A DNA stretch of 44,855 bases from an uncultured Peptococcaceae bacterium (GTDB lineage Bacteria; Bacillota; Dehalobacteriia; UBA4068), in contig CAYRML010000002.1 of the NCBI GenBank assembly GCA_964425485.1, forward strand, positions 1 through 44,855, written 5' to 3'. Position 1 is the first letter of the stretch. Each line of letters opens with the position of its first letter. This document shows positions 34,815 to 44,855 of this stretch, piece after piece. Under the pieces are notes generated by a model. It had not been told where the DNA came from, made no database searches, and worked only from the letters and a program-made list of their open reading frames with translations. The translations under genes and the position numbers were made by a program.

Positions 34815-37800
34815 TTAGCGTAAAACCAGGTTCTCTTCGCCTAAAAGGCCACGCAAAGCCGAAAATAATCTTCTGTCGGCGGCCACTCCGGCAAGGCCCG
34901 GTAGGCTGGAATACTGTTTTAAATCATCATAATATATGGAAATTTCCAAATCGCCGGGCATTCGTCCCAGCATATCCTTGATCTGGGCCATAAAAATCAG
35001 ATCCTGGCTGTCCGGCAGCCGCAAATAAAGCTTGCCCGGCGGGGCGATCTTTTCCACCACCAGCTCGATCCGGCCATCATCGGTCTTCAGCTTGCCTTCC
35101 ACCAGCAGCACCGCCCCCTCAAACAGCCTTTGCCGGCACTCGCCATAGGCCCGCGGAAAGATGATGCAGCGGATATTCTGCATTTGATCTTCCAGATGGA
35201 AGGTAGCCATATAATCACCGCGCTTGGTCAGAATATGGCGCAATCCCTGCACCATGCCGCCCAGAACCACCTTTTCCCCCGCAGCCATCTCCTCCAGATC
35301 AGTCAGGCGGTGCGTGATCTTGGCGGCCAAAATCTCATTATAGGCATCCAGCGGATGGCCGCTGACATAAAAACCGATGGTCTCTTTTTCCATGGACAAA
35401 AGCTCGGCATTGCCAAATTCGCCAATATCGGGCGGCTCCAGCTCCGGCAGCTCATATTCCGCCTCATCCATGCCAAAATCAAAAAGCGAAAGCTGGGAAC
35501 TTTCAGCATCGCCGGCCAGCTTACGGCCGATCTCCAGCGCCCGGCCGGCCAATTCCAGCATTTGCGAGCGATAGCAGCCGAAACTATCAAGCGCGCCGCA
35601 TTTGATAAGGCTTTCCAGCATCTTGCTGTTCATGCTGGTACGGTAGCAAAGGTCAGTCAGAGAGATGAAAGAGCCGCCCTCTTCTCTTTCGGCCACGATT
35701 TTGGCCACGGCCTCCCGTCCCACATTCTTGACGGCGGCCAAAGCAAAGCGGATCTTGCCATCCACCACAGCAAATTTGACCTGGCTTTGATTAATATCGG
35801 GCGGCAGCACCTCCAGGCCCATGCGGCGGCATTCCTCGATATATTCCGGCACCTTGTCGGCCGTGTCCATGACGCTGGTGAGCATAGAGGCCATAAATTC
35901 GGCCGGATAATTGGCCTTGAGCCAGGCCGTTTCATAAGCTACCATGGCATAGGCCGCCGAATGGCTTTTATTGAAGCCATAACCGGCAAAATATTCCATC
36001 AGGTCAAAAACAGAGCCGGCGATTTTGGGGTCGATGCCGTTTTTCTGGCTACCGGCCATAAAATTGCTGCGTTCCTTAGCGATGACTTCCGGCTTCTTTT
36101 TGCCCATGGCCCGGCGCAACATGTCGGCCTGGCCCAGCGTAAAACCGGCCATGGCCCGGGCAATCTGCATGACTTGCTCCTGATAGAGGATGACGCCATA
36201 AGTCTCCTTGAGTATATCTTCCAAAAGCGGATGCGGATAGACGATGGGCTGCTTGCCATGCTTGGAATCGATAAATTGATCCACCATACCGCTGCCCAAA
36301 GGCCCCGGCCGGTACAGCGCCACCAAAGCGATGATATCCTCGAAGCGCTCCGGTTGCAAATTGCAAAGTATCTTGCGCATGCCGGCGCTTTCCAGCTGGA
36401 AAACGCAAACCGTATCGCCGCGGCACAAAAGCCCAAAAGTCTTGGCGTCATCCAGGGGGATGGCGTCGATATCGATGGGCGGCAACTGGGGATAGCTGGC
36501 CTTGATATTGTCGATGGCATCGCCGATGACCGTGAGCGTACGCAGGCCCAAAATATCCATTTTCAGCAAACCGCAAGCCTCCACCTGCTCTTTTTCATAT
36601 TGAGTGGTGGCAAAATCATCGCCCAGCTTCTGCACGGGCATATAGCTGATGATTTCCTTGGGCGCTATAACCACACCGGCGGCATGCTTGGAGCAATGGC
36701 GGGGCATGCCTTCGATCTGGAGGGCCATATCCACCAGCTCTCTGGCCTGCCCATCCCCTTCATAGCTAGCACGCAGATCGGGATTTTCCTTGACGGACTC
36801 CTCCAGCTTGACGCCAGGGCTGCCCGGTATCAATTTGGCCAATCTGTCAACCTCACCATAAGGGATGTCAAGCACCCGGCCCACATCCTTGACAGCGCCG
36901 CGAGCGCCCATGGTGCCAAAGGTGATGATCTGTCCTACATTATTCTTGCCATATTTCTGTACTAAATATTCAATGACCTCGCCCCGCCTTTCATAACAAA
37001 AATCGATATCGATATCAGGCGGCGAGATGCGTTCCGGATTCAAAAAACGCTCAAAGATCAAATTGTATTTTATCGGATCTATATTGGTGATGCCCAGCAC
37101 ATAGGCCACCAGGCTGCCGGCAGCGCTGCCTCGGCCCGGTCCGACATAAATTCCTTTCTTGCGGGCAAAATGGATCAGATCCCAAACGATGAGAAAATAG
37201 CCGGAGAAGCCCATTTTCTCGATGGTGGTCAATTCATATTCCAGCCGCTGCTGCAATTGCGGCGTGACCGGGCTATAGCGCCCGGCCAACCCTTGACGGC
37301 AGAGATGGTCCAGATAGCCGTGCAGTGTAAAGCCATCCGGCACCTGATAAGCCGGCAGATAGAGATCGCCAAATTTGAAATCCACCTGACAGCGGTCGGC
37401 AATGGCCAGGCTGTTCTCGATGGCCTGCGGCCACAGCGGAAACAGCTGCCGCATTTCCTGTTCCGTTTTCAGATAGAACTCGTCGCAGGGAAAGCGCATA
37501 CGGTTCTCTTCATCCCGCAGCTTGCCTGTCTGGATGCAGAGCAGTATATCATGCATGCGGGCATCCTGCCGCGACACATAATGAATGTCATTGGTGGCCA
37601 CCAGGGGTATTCCCAGCTCCAGGGCTATCTGAGCCAGGATGGGATTGCATTTCAGCTCTTCTTCCATGCCATGGTTCTGCAGCTCTATAAAATAATTTTC
37701 CCGACCGAAAAGATCACGATAGTTGGCGGCCAGCTTTTTGGCATCCTCCAACCTATCCTGGAGGATGAGGTCGGGCAATTCGCCGGCAATGCAGGCGGAA

Positions 37801-38201
37801 AGGGCGATCAACCCCTCATGATATTGCTGCAAAAGCTGCCAATCCACACGCGGTTTATAATAGAATCCCTCCAAAAAGGCATGGGAAACCAAGCGGCATA
37901 GGTTCTCATAGCCGGTCTGATTTTCCGCCAACAGCACCAAATGATAAGGAGAATCGTCTTTGCGCGGCTCCTTATCAAAGCGGGTACGCTGAGCCACATA
38001 GACTTCACAGCCGATGATGGGCTTGATGCCGGCCTTTTTTGCCGCCTGATAAAAGTTGATCACGCCGTACATCACGCCGTGATCAGTGATGGCAACAGCC
38101 GGCATATCCAGCTCCACAGCCTGGTCAATCAACCGTTTGACGCGGGCCGCACCATCCAAAAGACTATATTCGGTATGATTATGCAGATGCACGAAGGCCA
38201 T
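34815..38201 (-). CDS. dnaE: DNA polymerase III alpha subunit (DnaE type)
   Basis: 1128 aa. N-terminal PHP domain (FVHLHNHTEYSLLDGA), polymerase core (PDIDIDF) and an OB-fold C-terminus. Confidence 0.97.
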   Translation of the reverse strand: MAFVHLHNHTEYSLLDGAARVKRLIDQAVELDMPAVAITDHGVMYGVINFYQAAKKAGIKPIIGCEVYVAQRTRFDKEPRKDDSPYHLVLLAENQTGYENLCRLVSHAFLEGFYYKPRVDWQLLQQYHEGLIALSACIAGELPDLILQDRLEDAKKLAANYRDLFGRENYFIELQNHGMEEELKCNPILAQIALELGIPLVATNDIHYVSRQDARMHDILLCIQTGKLRDEENRMRFPCDEFYLKTEQEMRQLFPLWPQAIENSLAIADRCQVDFKFGDLYLPAYQVPDGFTLHGYLDHLCRQGLAGRYSPVTPQLQQRLEYELTTIEKMGFSGYFLIVWDLIHFARKKGIYVGPGRGSAAGSLVAYVLGITNIDPIKYNLIFERFLNPERISPPDIDIDFCYERRGEVIEYLVQKYGKNNVGQIITFGTMGARGAVKDVGRVLDIPYGEVDRLAKLIPGSPGVKLEESVKENPDLRASYEGDGQARELVDMALQIEGMPRHCSKHAAGVVIAPKEIISYMPVQKLGDDFATTQYEKEQVEACGLLKMDILGLRTLTVIGDAIDNIKASYPQLPPIDIDAIPLDDAKTFGLLCRGDTVCVFQLESAGMRKILCNLQPERFEDIIALVALYRPGPLGSGMVDQFIDSKHGKQPIVYPHPLLEDILKETYGVILYQEQVMQIARAMAGFTLGQADMLRRAMGKKKPEVIAKERSNFMAGSQKNGIDPKIAGSVFDLMEYFAGYGFNKSHSAAYAMVAYETAWLKANYPAEFMASMLTSVMDTADKVPEYIEECRRMGLEVLPPDINQSQVKFAVVDGKIRFALAAVKNVGREAVAKIVAEREEGGSFISLTDLCYRTSMNSKMLESLIKCGALDSFGCYRSQMLELAGRALEIGRKLAGDAESSQLSLFDFGMDEAEYELPELEPPDIGEFGNAELLSMEKETIGFYVSGHPLDAYNEILAAKITHRLTDLEEMAAGEKVVLGGMVQGLRHILTKRGDYMATFHLEDQMQNIRCIIFPRAYGECRQRLFEGAVLLVEGKLKTDDGRIELVVEKIAPPGKLYLRLPDSQDLIFMAQIKDMLGRMPGDLEISIYYDDLKQYSSLPGLAGVAADRRLFSALRGLLGEENLVLR

Positions 38202-38231
38202 ATTTTCCTCCCTGTTTGGTTCTACTCTGTT

Positions 38232-38954
38232 TTATTCTACCATTAAATTTCTTTCCGCGAAACTGACATATTCACAATTATTAATAATTATATGGTCCAC
38301 CACGGCAATATCAAGAGGCCGCAGCACATCCACCAATCTGGCGGTCAAATTCATATCGCTGGGCGTGGGCATCAGATTGCCGCTGGGATGATTATGGACA
38401 AAAGCCACGCTTTTGGCCTTATGGCGTAAAGCGGCCTCCACCACGATGCGTGGATAGACGATCACTTCGTTGGTGGTGCCTTTATGCACCAGGCAGCTGT
38501 TAGTGACGCGATTTTGCGCATCGAGGGAGATCAGATAAAATGCCTCATAATGCACACCCATGACCAAGGTGGTGGCAAATTCGGCCAATTGCTGATTGCT
38601 TTTGATCACAGGCAATTTACCGAATTGATCCCTTTGATAGCGACAAAAAAGATCGGGCCACAAGCTCAAGAGCATGGCACAATGGGCTCCGATGCCATTG
38701 ACATGCATCAGATCTTCCGGCCGGGCTTCCAGGACGGCGTTCAAGGAACCGAATTCAGCCAACAAAGCATGGGCCAGGTCATTGATATTCTTTTGCGGCA
38801 CTGCAAAAAAGAGCAATAGCTCCAAAACTTCATGATCGCTGAAATTTTGCAGTCCTTCCCGCAAATAACGATTCTTAAGTCTCTGTCTATGCCCTGAATG
38901 AGGGTGTTTCATTTTATTGCGTTCAATTTGCTCGGCTTTCTCTTTCTTTGGCAT
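38232..38954 (-). CDS. radC: RadC-like JAB-domain protein
   Basis: HhH-like N-terminus (SDHEVLELLL...INDLAHALLAEFGSL) and a JAMM-like motif (VAFVHNHPSGNLMPTPSD). The start is uncertain (ATG at 38954 or 38912). Confidence 0.8.
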   Translation of the reverse strand: MPKKEKAEQIERNKMKHPHSGHRQRLKNRYLREGLQNFSDHEVLELLLFFAVPQKNINDLAHALLAEFGSLNAVLEARPEDLMHVNGIGAHCAMLLSLWPDLFCRYQRDQFGKLPVIKSNQQLAEFATTLVMGVHYEAFYLISLDAQNRVTNSCLVHKGTTNEVIVYPRIVVEAALRHKAKSVAFVHNHPSGNLMPTPSDMNLTARLVDVLRPLDIAVVDHIIINNCEYVSFAERNLMVE

Positions 38955-39065
38955 TTTTCCACGACATTCCCTGAAATTTTAGTCGAAATTTGGCATATTT
39001 TCAAAGATATACTTAATAATTCCATAATCTTTGATATTTTCCTTTTGCCAAAACAAGTTATTGAC

Positions 39066-39104
39066 CATAAAAAAGGATTTGCCCCCGATAGGAAGCAAGT
39101 CCTT
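39066..39104 (-). terminator. Hairpin plus T-run after the LCP gene
   Basis: Minus strand reads AAGGACTTGC-N12-GCAAATCCTT followed by TTTTAT. Confidence 0.5.
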
Positions 39105-39128
39105 GAAAATCATTTTTATTTTATTTGT

Positions 39129-40073
39129 CTAATTGCCGTCGGCCTGGTTCTGCCCGCCCTCCTCATCGGAGGCCACAGGGTCGGCCACGAACATATCATA
39201 GACCAGCGCGGAAAGCTCTTCTTTGTCCAGCATCCAATAACTGATGCCACTGATGCTGCCGAAATCGCCGGGCGCGGTCTCGCTGCGCAGATCACTCATG
39301 GGCATATCCTTCAGCAATTTAGCCAGCTTCAGCATTTGGGCATTACTGAGATCGCTCTGCACTACATCGTCCAGGTTGGAGATAAGCTGCGGCAGCTTGC
39401 CGATATTTTCTGCAGCAAAGGCCTTATTCAGCACGGCGGAGATAAAGTTACGCTGTCTTTCCACCCGCTTGACATCACCCATGGCATCACTGCGATAACG
39501 CACATATTGCAGGGCCTGTTCGCCGTTTAGGGTCTGCGGCCCCGGCTGCAAGTCGATGGTTCCGTAATAGGTATGATGATACATCCTCTTGTCGACATCG
39601 ATATCAACGCCGCCCAGGATATCTACGATCTTTTCAAAACCGGCAAAATTGGTCACAACATAATAGTCGATGGGAATATTAAGTAGATTCTGCACTGTCT
39701 CTCTGGTCAAATCGATGCCGCCGTAGGCATAGGAGTGATTGATCTTATCCTTGCCATGGCCGGATATTTCCACATAGGAGTCACGGGGTAGGGATAAAAG
39801 AGAGATAGATTCATTTTTCAGATCAACCCCTGCCACCATGATGGAATCGGCGCGGCCAGTATCATTGATGATATCATTAACGTCAGTGCCTACGATGAGG
39901 ATATTGATGCGATCCTTAGAAGCCAAAAGAGAGCTATCCTCATCGCGATCCGGAACCAGGCTGTTATAATTGCCCATCCAGATCTTGAACCCGGTAATGG
40001 CCACCACCGCGATGAGAATAATCAAGATGACAATAGCCACTTTGCTACCGGATCTTTTTTGTTTCTTTGACAT
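39129..40073 (-). CDS. LCP (LytR-CpsA-Psr) family cell-envelope glycopolymer transferase
   Basis: N-terminal TM followed by INILIVGTD...RADSIMVAGVD...SLLSLPRDSYVEI...KINHSYAYGG. Confidence 0.85.
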   Translation of the reverse strand: MSKKQKRSGSKVAIVILIILIAVVAITGFKIWMGNYNSLVPDRDEDSSLLASKDRINILIVGTDVNDIINDTGRADSIMVAGVDLKNESISLLSLPRDSYVEISGHGKDKINHSYAYGGIDLTRETVQNLLNIPIDYYVVTNFAGFEKIVDILGGVDIDVDKRMYHHTYYGTIDLQPGPQTLNGEQALQYVRYRSDAMGDVKRVERQRNFISAVLNKAFAAENIGKLPQLISNLDDVVQSDLSNAQMLKLAKLLKDMPMSDLRSETAPGDFGSISGISYWMLDKEELSALVYDMFVADPVASDEEGGQNQADGN

Positions 40074-40118
40074 TACTTTTTTGCCTCTTTTCTTTGCCGT
40101 CCGCTTGCTTTAACCTGC

Positions 40119-41606
<1,488 letters not shown>

Positions 41607-41686
41607 TTATATAAACTTTTATTGCCAATGTTTTAAAGTTAATTATACTACAAAACTGCAAAAACTGGAATAGAAATCTAAAAGTT

Positions 41687-42301
41687 TTAGGTGTTTGGCA
41701 GATAATTATTCAAAACCAGCCGCCAAACGCAGCCATCAGTTTCCAGCAGGCTTAGGGCGCCGTTGTCTTGCCATAAAGTCCGTAACTGAGAATAAGGCAG
41801 TCCCAAGCAGTCGCAGATGATGACGCAGTTGACACCGCCATGAGCAATCAAGGCCACCTCTTGCCCCTGATGATCGGACACGATGCTGCGGAAGGGCACC
41901 CCCACACGCTGCCCCAGCTTAGTAAAACTTTCCCCCTCAGGTAAATCAACTTCATAAAAGGTGTCCAGCCACTGGGCTGCCAGCTGAGGGAAAGCCGATT
42001 GGATCTGCTCAAAGGACAGTCCCTCCCACAGGCCGAAATCCATCTCCTGCAAGTCGGCCGCCACCCGCACCGGCAGGGCATGAGCCTCGGCCACAGCCTC
42101 CGCCGTCGCTAAGGCCCGCTTTAAGGGCGAGCTGTAAACGGCGGCCAAAGGTTGCGCAGCCAGATGTCGAGCAGTGGCAGCAGCTTGGATTTTCCCGGCT
42201 TCGTTGAGCTCGGTATCGATCCGCCCCTGATAGATCTTATTATGATTAGATTCCGTCTGCCCATGGCGGATCAGGTAAATGCGGGTAGTTTGCTTCATCA
42301 A
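41687..42301 (-). CDS. cobC: Histidine phosphatase family protein, probable alpha-ribazole phosphatase
   Basis: RIYLIRHGQTESN (RHG catalytic motif). Lies immediately downstream of cobS with a 9-nt gap. Confidence 0.7.
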   Translation of the reverse strand: MMKQTTRIYLIRHGQTESNHNKIYQGRIDTELNEAGKIQAAATARHLAAQPLAAVYSSPLKRALATAEAVAEAHALPVRVAADLQEMDFGLWEGLSFEQIQSAFPQLAAQWLDTFYEVDLPEGESFTKLGQRVGVPFRSIVSDHQGQEVALIAHGGVNCVIICDCLGLPYSQLRTLWQDNGALSLLETDGCVWRLVLNNYLPNT

Positions 42302-42310
42302 CGATCTCCT

Positions 42311-43081
42311 CTAAAAAAGCAGCGGCCCCAAATTGGCCGATAAGGATAAGGCAAAGAAAAAGAGCAGCAAAAAGATGATCTCCGACCATTCGGCCAAAGC
42401 TCCGTACATATCCCCGGTCAGCCCGCCAAAGCGATTACCCCAATTGTTGGCGATGCTCCAGCTCAAAAGCAGGGCAAAGAAGGCGGCCAAGATAAAATAC
42501 CAATTGGCAAACAGGGCAAAAATAATCAGCGTGATGATAGCCGCCACCCAAAAATGCCTCTTATCAAAGCAGCGATGGAACTGGCTGGCCAGGCCGAATT
42601 TTTTGGCATTGGGGAAAGCATAAACCAGAAAGGCCATGACAAAACGGGAGAATACCAGCGCCGCCGGTATGGCCCACCAAATTTGCCAATCGTTTATCAG
42701 CAGCAGATAGAGGGAAAATTTGAGGATCAAAAGTATGGCCAGCGAGATCAGACCCATGCCGCCCACATGAGCATCGCTCATAAAGCGGAAGGCCTTTTCC
42801 CGGTCATGTCCGGCCATCAGCCCATCCGCTACATCCATGACCCCATCCAGGTGCAGGCCGCCAGTCAGAAAAGCAGCGGCGCCGACCGCGCAAGCGGCGG
42901 CCACAGCCGGACTGATGATGGAGGTCACAGCAGCCACGGCGGCCACGGCAATGCCCAGCACCAGCCCCCATAAGGGCAAAAAGCGCAAAGCCCGCGCCCA
43001 ATCTTCGGGGGCAGGCGCCGACTTGCTTTTTATGGGGATGCGGCTCATAAAACTCAGCAAGAGCAAAAAATCCTTGAACAT
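42311..43081 (-). CDS. cobS: Adenosylcobinamide-GDP ribazoletransferase (cobalamin synthase)
   Basis: Polytopic membrane protein. CobS-like N-terminus (FMSRIPI) and the DG.MD..DGL motif (HLDGVMDVADGL). Confidence 0.85.
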   Translation of the reverse strand: MFKDFLLLLSFMSRIPIKSKSAPAPEDWARALRFLPLWGLVLGIAVAAVAAVTSIISPAVAAACAVGAAAFLTGGLHLDGVMDVADGLMAGHDREKAFRFMSDAHVGGMGLISLAILLILKFSLYLLLINDWQIWWAIPAALVFSRFVMAFLVYAFPNAKKFGLASQFHRCFDKRHFWVAAIITLIIFALFANWYFILAAFFALLLSWSIANNWGNRFGGLTGDMYGALAEWSEIIFLLLFFFALSLSANLGPLLF

Positions 43082-43149
43082 GGCTTGGCCTTTCTTAATA
43101 TATTTCTCTCATTATACACCAGCGGCCGGCAGAATAAAAGTCCGTAACA

Positions 43150-43182
43150 GAGAAAAACAAAAGAGGGCTTTTTCAGCCCTCC
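43150..43182 (-). terminator. Intrinsic terminator overlapping the end of the small coiled-coil ORF
   Basis: GAGGGC-TGAAAAA-GCCCTC followed by TTTTGTTTTT on the minus strand. Confidence 0.6.
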
Positions 43183-43418
43183 AAACTTTTTTCCAGCTCC
43201 CGTATCCTTTTATTTTTTTCCCATAACAGCTGCGCATAGTGGCTGTTGGATTTTTGCAGGCGCTTTTTTTCCTGCATAAAACGCTGGTTTTCTCTTTTAT
43301 GCTCATTCTGCGATTGTTCCAGCAAAGTCATCAGTATGCGCCTGCTCATGCGCAAGCTGGTGATATTTTCCTGCAGCTGACGGATACACTCTTCATAGCG
43401 CGGATCTTCCTGGCTCAT
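43173..43418 (-). CDS. Hypothetical small (about 81 aa) charged coiled-coil protein
   Basis: ORF reads MSQEDPRYEECIRQLQENITSLR...KNKRIRELEKSLEG. ATG at 43418 has a GAAGGA RBS; an alternative TTG lies at 43442. A terminator follows. No family was recognised, and coding status rests on ORF, RBS and terminator only. Confidence 0.45.
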   Translation of the reverse strand: MSQEDPRYEECIRQLQENITSLRMSRRILMTLLEQSQNEHKRENQRFMQEKKRLQKSNSHYAQLLWEKNKRIRELEKSLEG

Positions 43419-43497
43419 AGGCAATTCCTTCTTCACCGGCAACAGCCCTTTCTCCCATTATTTATTAGTTATTATATGCGGAAAAGGCTTTGTTTAA

Positions 43498-44316
43498 TCA
43501 CCGATTGATTTCTCTTTTGGCCGCCAGCATTTCCACTTGCTGCAAAGGAGTGGTCTTGCAGCCCAACCGGCGGTCGGCGCGACCATGGAAATCCGATCCG
43601 CCGGTTATGGCTAAACGGAAATATTTGGCAAAACGCAAATATTTATTTTCCGCCTGACGATTATGCTCAGGATGATAAACCTCGATGCCGGCCAGTCCCA
43701 TATGAGCCAGCGGCCCGATCAAAGAATCAGGCACACCGGTGGCCGGATGCGCCAAAACGGCTGCTCCACCTACCCTTTGTATCACATCCACAGCCTCAAA
43801 GGGAGAAAATTTGACGCGCGGCACATAGGCCGGCATGCCTTTGGCCAAATATCTGCGGAAGGCATCCCTTTCCGTGGCCACATAGCCCCTGGACAGCATG
43901 GCTTTGGCGATATGCGGCCGCCCCACGGAGGCGCCCGCCTGCTTGATGATAGTCCCAGCATCGACAGGCACATGCAAAGCCGCCAGCTTTTCAGCTATAT
44001 TATAGCAGCGTTGCAGGCGCTCTTCCTGCAAGAAGAGCAGCCGTTCCCGAAACCACTTCTGGTGATAGTCGATCCAATAACCAAGTATATGCACATCCAC
44101 ACCCTGCCAGTCGGCAGAAAGCTCGATGCCAGGGATGAGCGGCAGGCCTTTTTCCTTTGCCTTTTGCTCGGCCTCGGCCAAACCGTCAACCGTATCATGA
44201 TCGGTGATGGCTACACCATCCAAACCAGCAGCCTGGGCCAGTTCGATGATCTCATCGATGTCGCATAAGCCGTCGGAGGCCGTGGTATGAATATGCATAT
44301 CAAAACCGGGCATCAT
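43498..44316 (-). CDS. PHP-domain phosphoesterase (TrpH/YciV-like)
   Basis: Contains FDMHIHTTASDG and GVAITDHDTVDG. ATG at 44316 has AAAGGGG upstream. Confidence 0.85.
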   Translation of the reverse strand: MMPGFDMHIHTTASDGLCDIDEIIELAQAAGLDGVAITDHDTVDGLAEAEQKAKEKGLPLIPGIELSADWQGVDVHILGYWIDYHQKWFRERLLFLQEERLQRCYNIAEKLAALHVPVDAGTIIKQAGASVGRPHIAKAMLSRGYVATERDAFRRYLAKGMPAYVPRVKFSPFEAVDVIQRVGGAAVLAHPATGVPDSLIGPLAHMGLAGIEVYHPEHNRQAENKYLRFAKYFRLAITGGSDFHGRADRRLGCKTTPLQQVEMLAAKREINR

Positions 44317-44339
44317 GCCACCCCTTTCACAAATTGCTG

Positions 44340-44855
44340 TTATTCCCGGCACATCTCCCTTGTCGGCAGGACTTGCTGCAAAAAAGCGCGGAAATTTTCG
44401 CCGCTGATCTTATCTATTTCCTCTTGGCTGAAGCCGGCCTCGGCCAAAGCCTGCCATAAAAGCGGCAGATCTTGCACCCCTGCCAGGCCGGCAATATCGG
44501 CGCCATCAAAGTCGGAGCCGATACCGACAGCATCAATACCGGCCACTTCCACAGCATGGGCAATATGCCGCACCACGTCGCTGAGGTCGGCGCCGTCAGC
44601 ACGCAGAAAATCAGGCACAAAGGTAACACCAATGACGCCGCCAGCCTCGCCCAAAGCTCGCAGCTGGCGGTCATTAAGGTTGCGCTTATGCGGCAAAAGA
44701 GCGGCACAGGCCGCATGTGACACCATGATGGGCTGCTCGCTCTCTTCCAGCAGCTGCCAGAAGCCGTCTTCGGACATATGGGCCGCATCCAGCGCCACAT
44801 GCAGGCGATTGCACAAGCGCATGACCTGTTGCCCCAGCTTGGTTAGCCCGCCACT
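44340..44855 (-). CDS. Membrane dipeptidase (peptidase family M19), C-terminal part; gene continues past the right edge
   Basis: Contains VSHAACAALLPHKRNLNDRQLRAL, GVIGVTF and GIGSDFDG. The reading frame is open to the window end. Confidence 0.85.
   Translation of the reverse strand, partial: SGGLTKLGQQVMRLCNRLHVALDAAHMSEDGFWQLLEESEQPIMVSHAACAALLPHKRNLNDRQLRALGEAGGVIGVTFVPDFLRADGADLSDVVRHIAHAVEVAGIDAVGIGSDFDGADIAGLAGVQDLPLLWQALAEAGFSQEEIDKISGENFRAFLQQVLPTREMCRE

Noticed and set aside
35130-36965. Very long plus-strand ORFs antisense to real genes: 611 aa opposite dnaE, 528 aa opposite rel (5934-7520), 349 aa opposite guaB, 337 aa opposite murD, 302 aa opposite murE, and others
   Set aside because: The one whose register I computed, the 611-aa ORF opposite dnaE, is in the codon-aligned antisense frame (35130 minus 34815 is a multiple of 3). 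In that frame, stops arise only from sense codons TTA, CTA and TCA, which these genes appear to use rarely. I assume the other ORFs are the same kind of shadow ORF. The products are low-complexity (Gly/Ala/His/Asp/Gln/Ile-rich), have no RBS and belong to no recognisable family.
43082-43172. Cobalamin riboswitch upstream of cobS
   Set aside because: The spacer is only about 90 nt and lacks the B12-box and GGGAA...GGUGAAAAUCC-type elements. It contains only a terminator for the upstream ORF and an extended -10 element.

Overview
This 44.9-kb chromosomal window looks like a Bacillota (Firmicutes)-type genome: it has T-box leaders, CodY, a YlbF/Ric-family protein and an MraZ-led dcw cluster, and is mid-GC by eye. 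Every gene except one (a LysM protein at 29216-29758) is on the minus strand. In transcription order (right to left) the genes are: M19 dipeptidase (partial), PHP phosphoesterase, a small coiled-coil ORF, cobS-cobC, guaB, an LCP-family protein, a radC-like gene, dnaE, gdhA, a DUF1858 redox protein and a HAD hydrolase. Next come a Trp T-box with a stand-alone trpB2, the plus-strand LysM gene, lplA, ylbF-like/fur-family/FmdB zinc ribbon, and a TPR-like membrane protein. Then follows a contiguous dcw cluster (mraZ rsmH ftsL pbp murE mraY murD ftsW murG murC murB murA ftsQ ftsZ). The window ends with codY, rel, dtd, two tandem MBL-fold hydrolases, a His T-box with hisS-aspS, and the 5' end of pyrF. 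I found no tRNA/rRNA genes, CRISPR arrays, transposases, integrases, or recognisable defence or toxin genes. This is essentially a core housekeeping region, and I see no convincing evidence of a novel multi-gene system. The points most worth a second look are: (1) roughly 45-bp imperfect direct repeats bracketing the 2.3-kb T-box/trpB2 cassette, with an unexplained 330-nt non-coding stretch inside it; (2) a dcw cluster that lacks murF and ftsA but contains murA; (3) a clean triple 10-bp-phased MraZ-type operator; (4) codY placed directly next to rel; (5) tandem MBL paralogues, one carrying a Cys-rich insertion; (6) a leaderless LysM-LysM-zinc-ribbon protein; (7) a long structured pyrF leader. 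Start codons were re-picked by eye from Shine-Dalgarno spacing and are less certain than the stops.
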